A program made the position numbers and the translations under genes. Shown here piece after piece: positions 63,425 through 64,000 of a stretch of DNA of 64,000 nt. The DNA comes from the human T2T-CHM13v2.0 reference genome, Homo sapiens. Every line of letters begins with the position of its first letter. The stretch's first letter is position 1. The notes below the pieces were generated by a model. It was not told the DNA's origin and did no database searches. It saw only the letters and a program-made list of their open reading frames with translations. The stretch lies in NCBI RefSeq assembly GCF_009914755.1, contig NC_060946.1, one strand, 5' to 3'.

Positions 63425-63741
63425 CAGTCATCCCTCCGTGTCCGTGGGTTCCAGAACCCCCCACAGACACTAACATCCGCAGGTGCTCACGTCCTTTGTC
63501 GAAAACAGTGCAGCATTTGCTTGAAACCCAGGCACATCCTCCTGGATGCTGTCAATCATCTCCAGGCCCCCCGTGACACCGAGTCCAGTGTAAATTCTGT
63601 GTAAACAGTTGTTACACGGCACAGGTTTTCTAATATATTTTTATTATTTTTAATTGTTGTTTTGTTATTTTTTAATTTTTTTGATATTCAGTTAGTTGAA
63701 TCCACAGACGAAGAGCCCACAGATGTGAAGGGGTCATCATA
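63425..63741. mobile_element. MER2 (TcMar-Tigger MITE), flanked by CA-rich low-complexity DNA
   Basis: TA|CAGTCATCCCTCCGTGTCCGTGGG...GCACATCCTCC...GTAAACAGTTGTTA...GTTGAATCCACAGA matches MER2. Confidence 0.88.
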
Positions 63742-64000
63742 TACACACACGTGCGTACATGCACACACACATGCATACTTACACACACACCCAAACAGCA
63801 TGACACACGTACACACACGTGTCCACATCACACACACACAACCTGCAGACCCGGGGACTTGGCTGTGCCCTGGGGTCTGACCCCGCCCGTCTGCCCTCCC
63901 ACACAGCCGTGGTCACTGCTTTTGGAAGTGCTAATGAAAACCTGCTGCGCACGAGAAGCAGCAGCCGAGTCACCTGGAGCTTGGCAAGCCCATCCCTGGA

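Noticed and set aside
62635-63604. Cys/Val-rich 249-aa and His/Thr-rich ORFs
   Set aside because: They are translations of CA/TG low-complexity DNA and MER2.

Overview
This is primate, almost certainly human, non-coding genomic DNA. It is GC-rich and dense in minisatellites, as is typical of a subtelomeric band; I cannot name the locus from the sequence alone. I found no credible protein-coding gene, RNA gene or CRISPR array, and the supplied ORFs are explained by high GC content, tandem repeats, Alus or LTRs. Interspersed repeats are Alu J/S/Y, old L1M fragments, a truncated L1PA15/16-type copy, MaLR LTRs (THE1/MST/MLT1), MIR, MER58A, MER2, a fossil ERVL reverse transcriptase, and a MER21 LTR with its primer-binding site and gag start. 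There is also a full-length, CpG-rich solo LTR12C (ERV9), at least ten VNTRs or short tandem duplications, and several repeat-free AT-rich islands that look like enhancers. The best leads are: (i) the LTR12C as a candidate promoter, with a mutated poly(A) signal and a copy-specific 152-bp enhancer duplication; (ii) minisatellites repeatedly born from the same GC-drifted segment of old L1 3' ends, one with an orphan copy 1 kb away; (iii) candidate enhancers and lncRNA exons at about 47-52 kb and 59 kb. I see no support for a wholly new biological system. Repeat subfamily names come from recalled consensus sequences, and boundaries of old elements are approximate.
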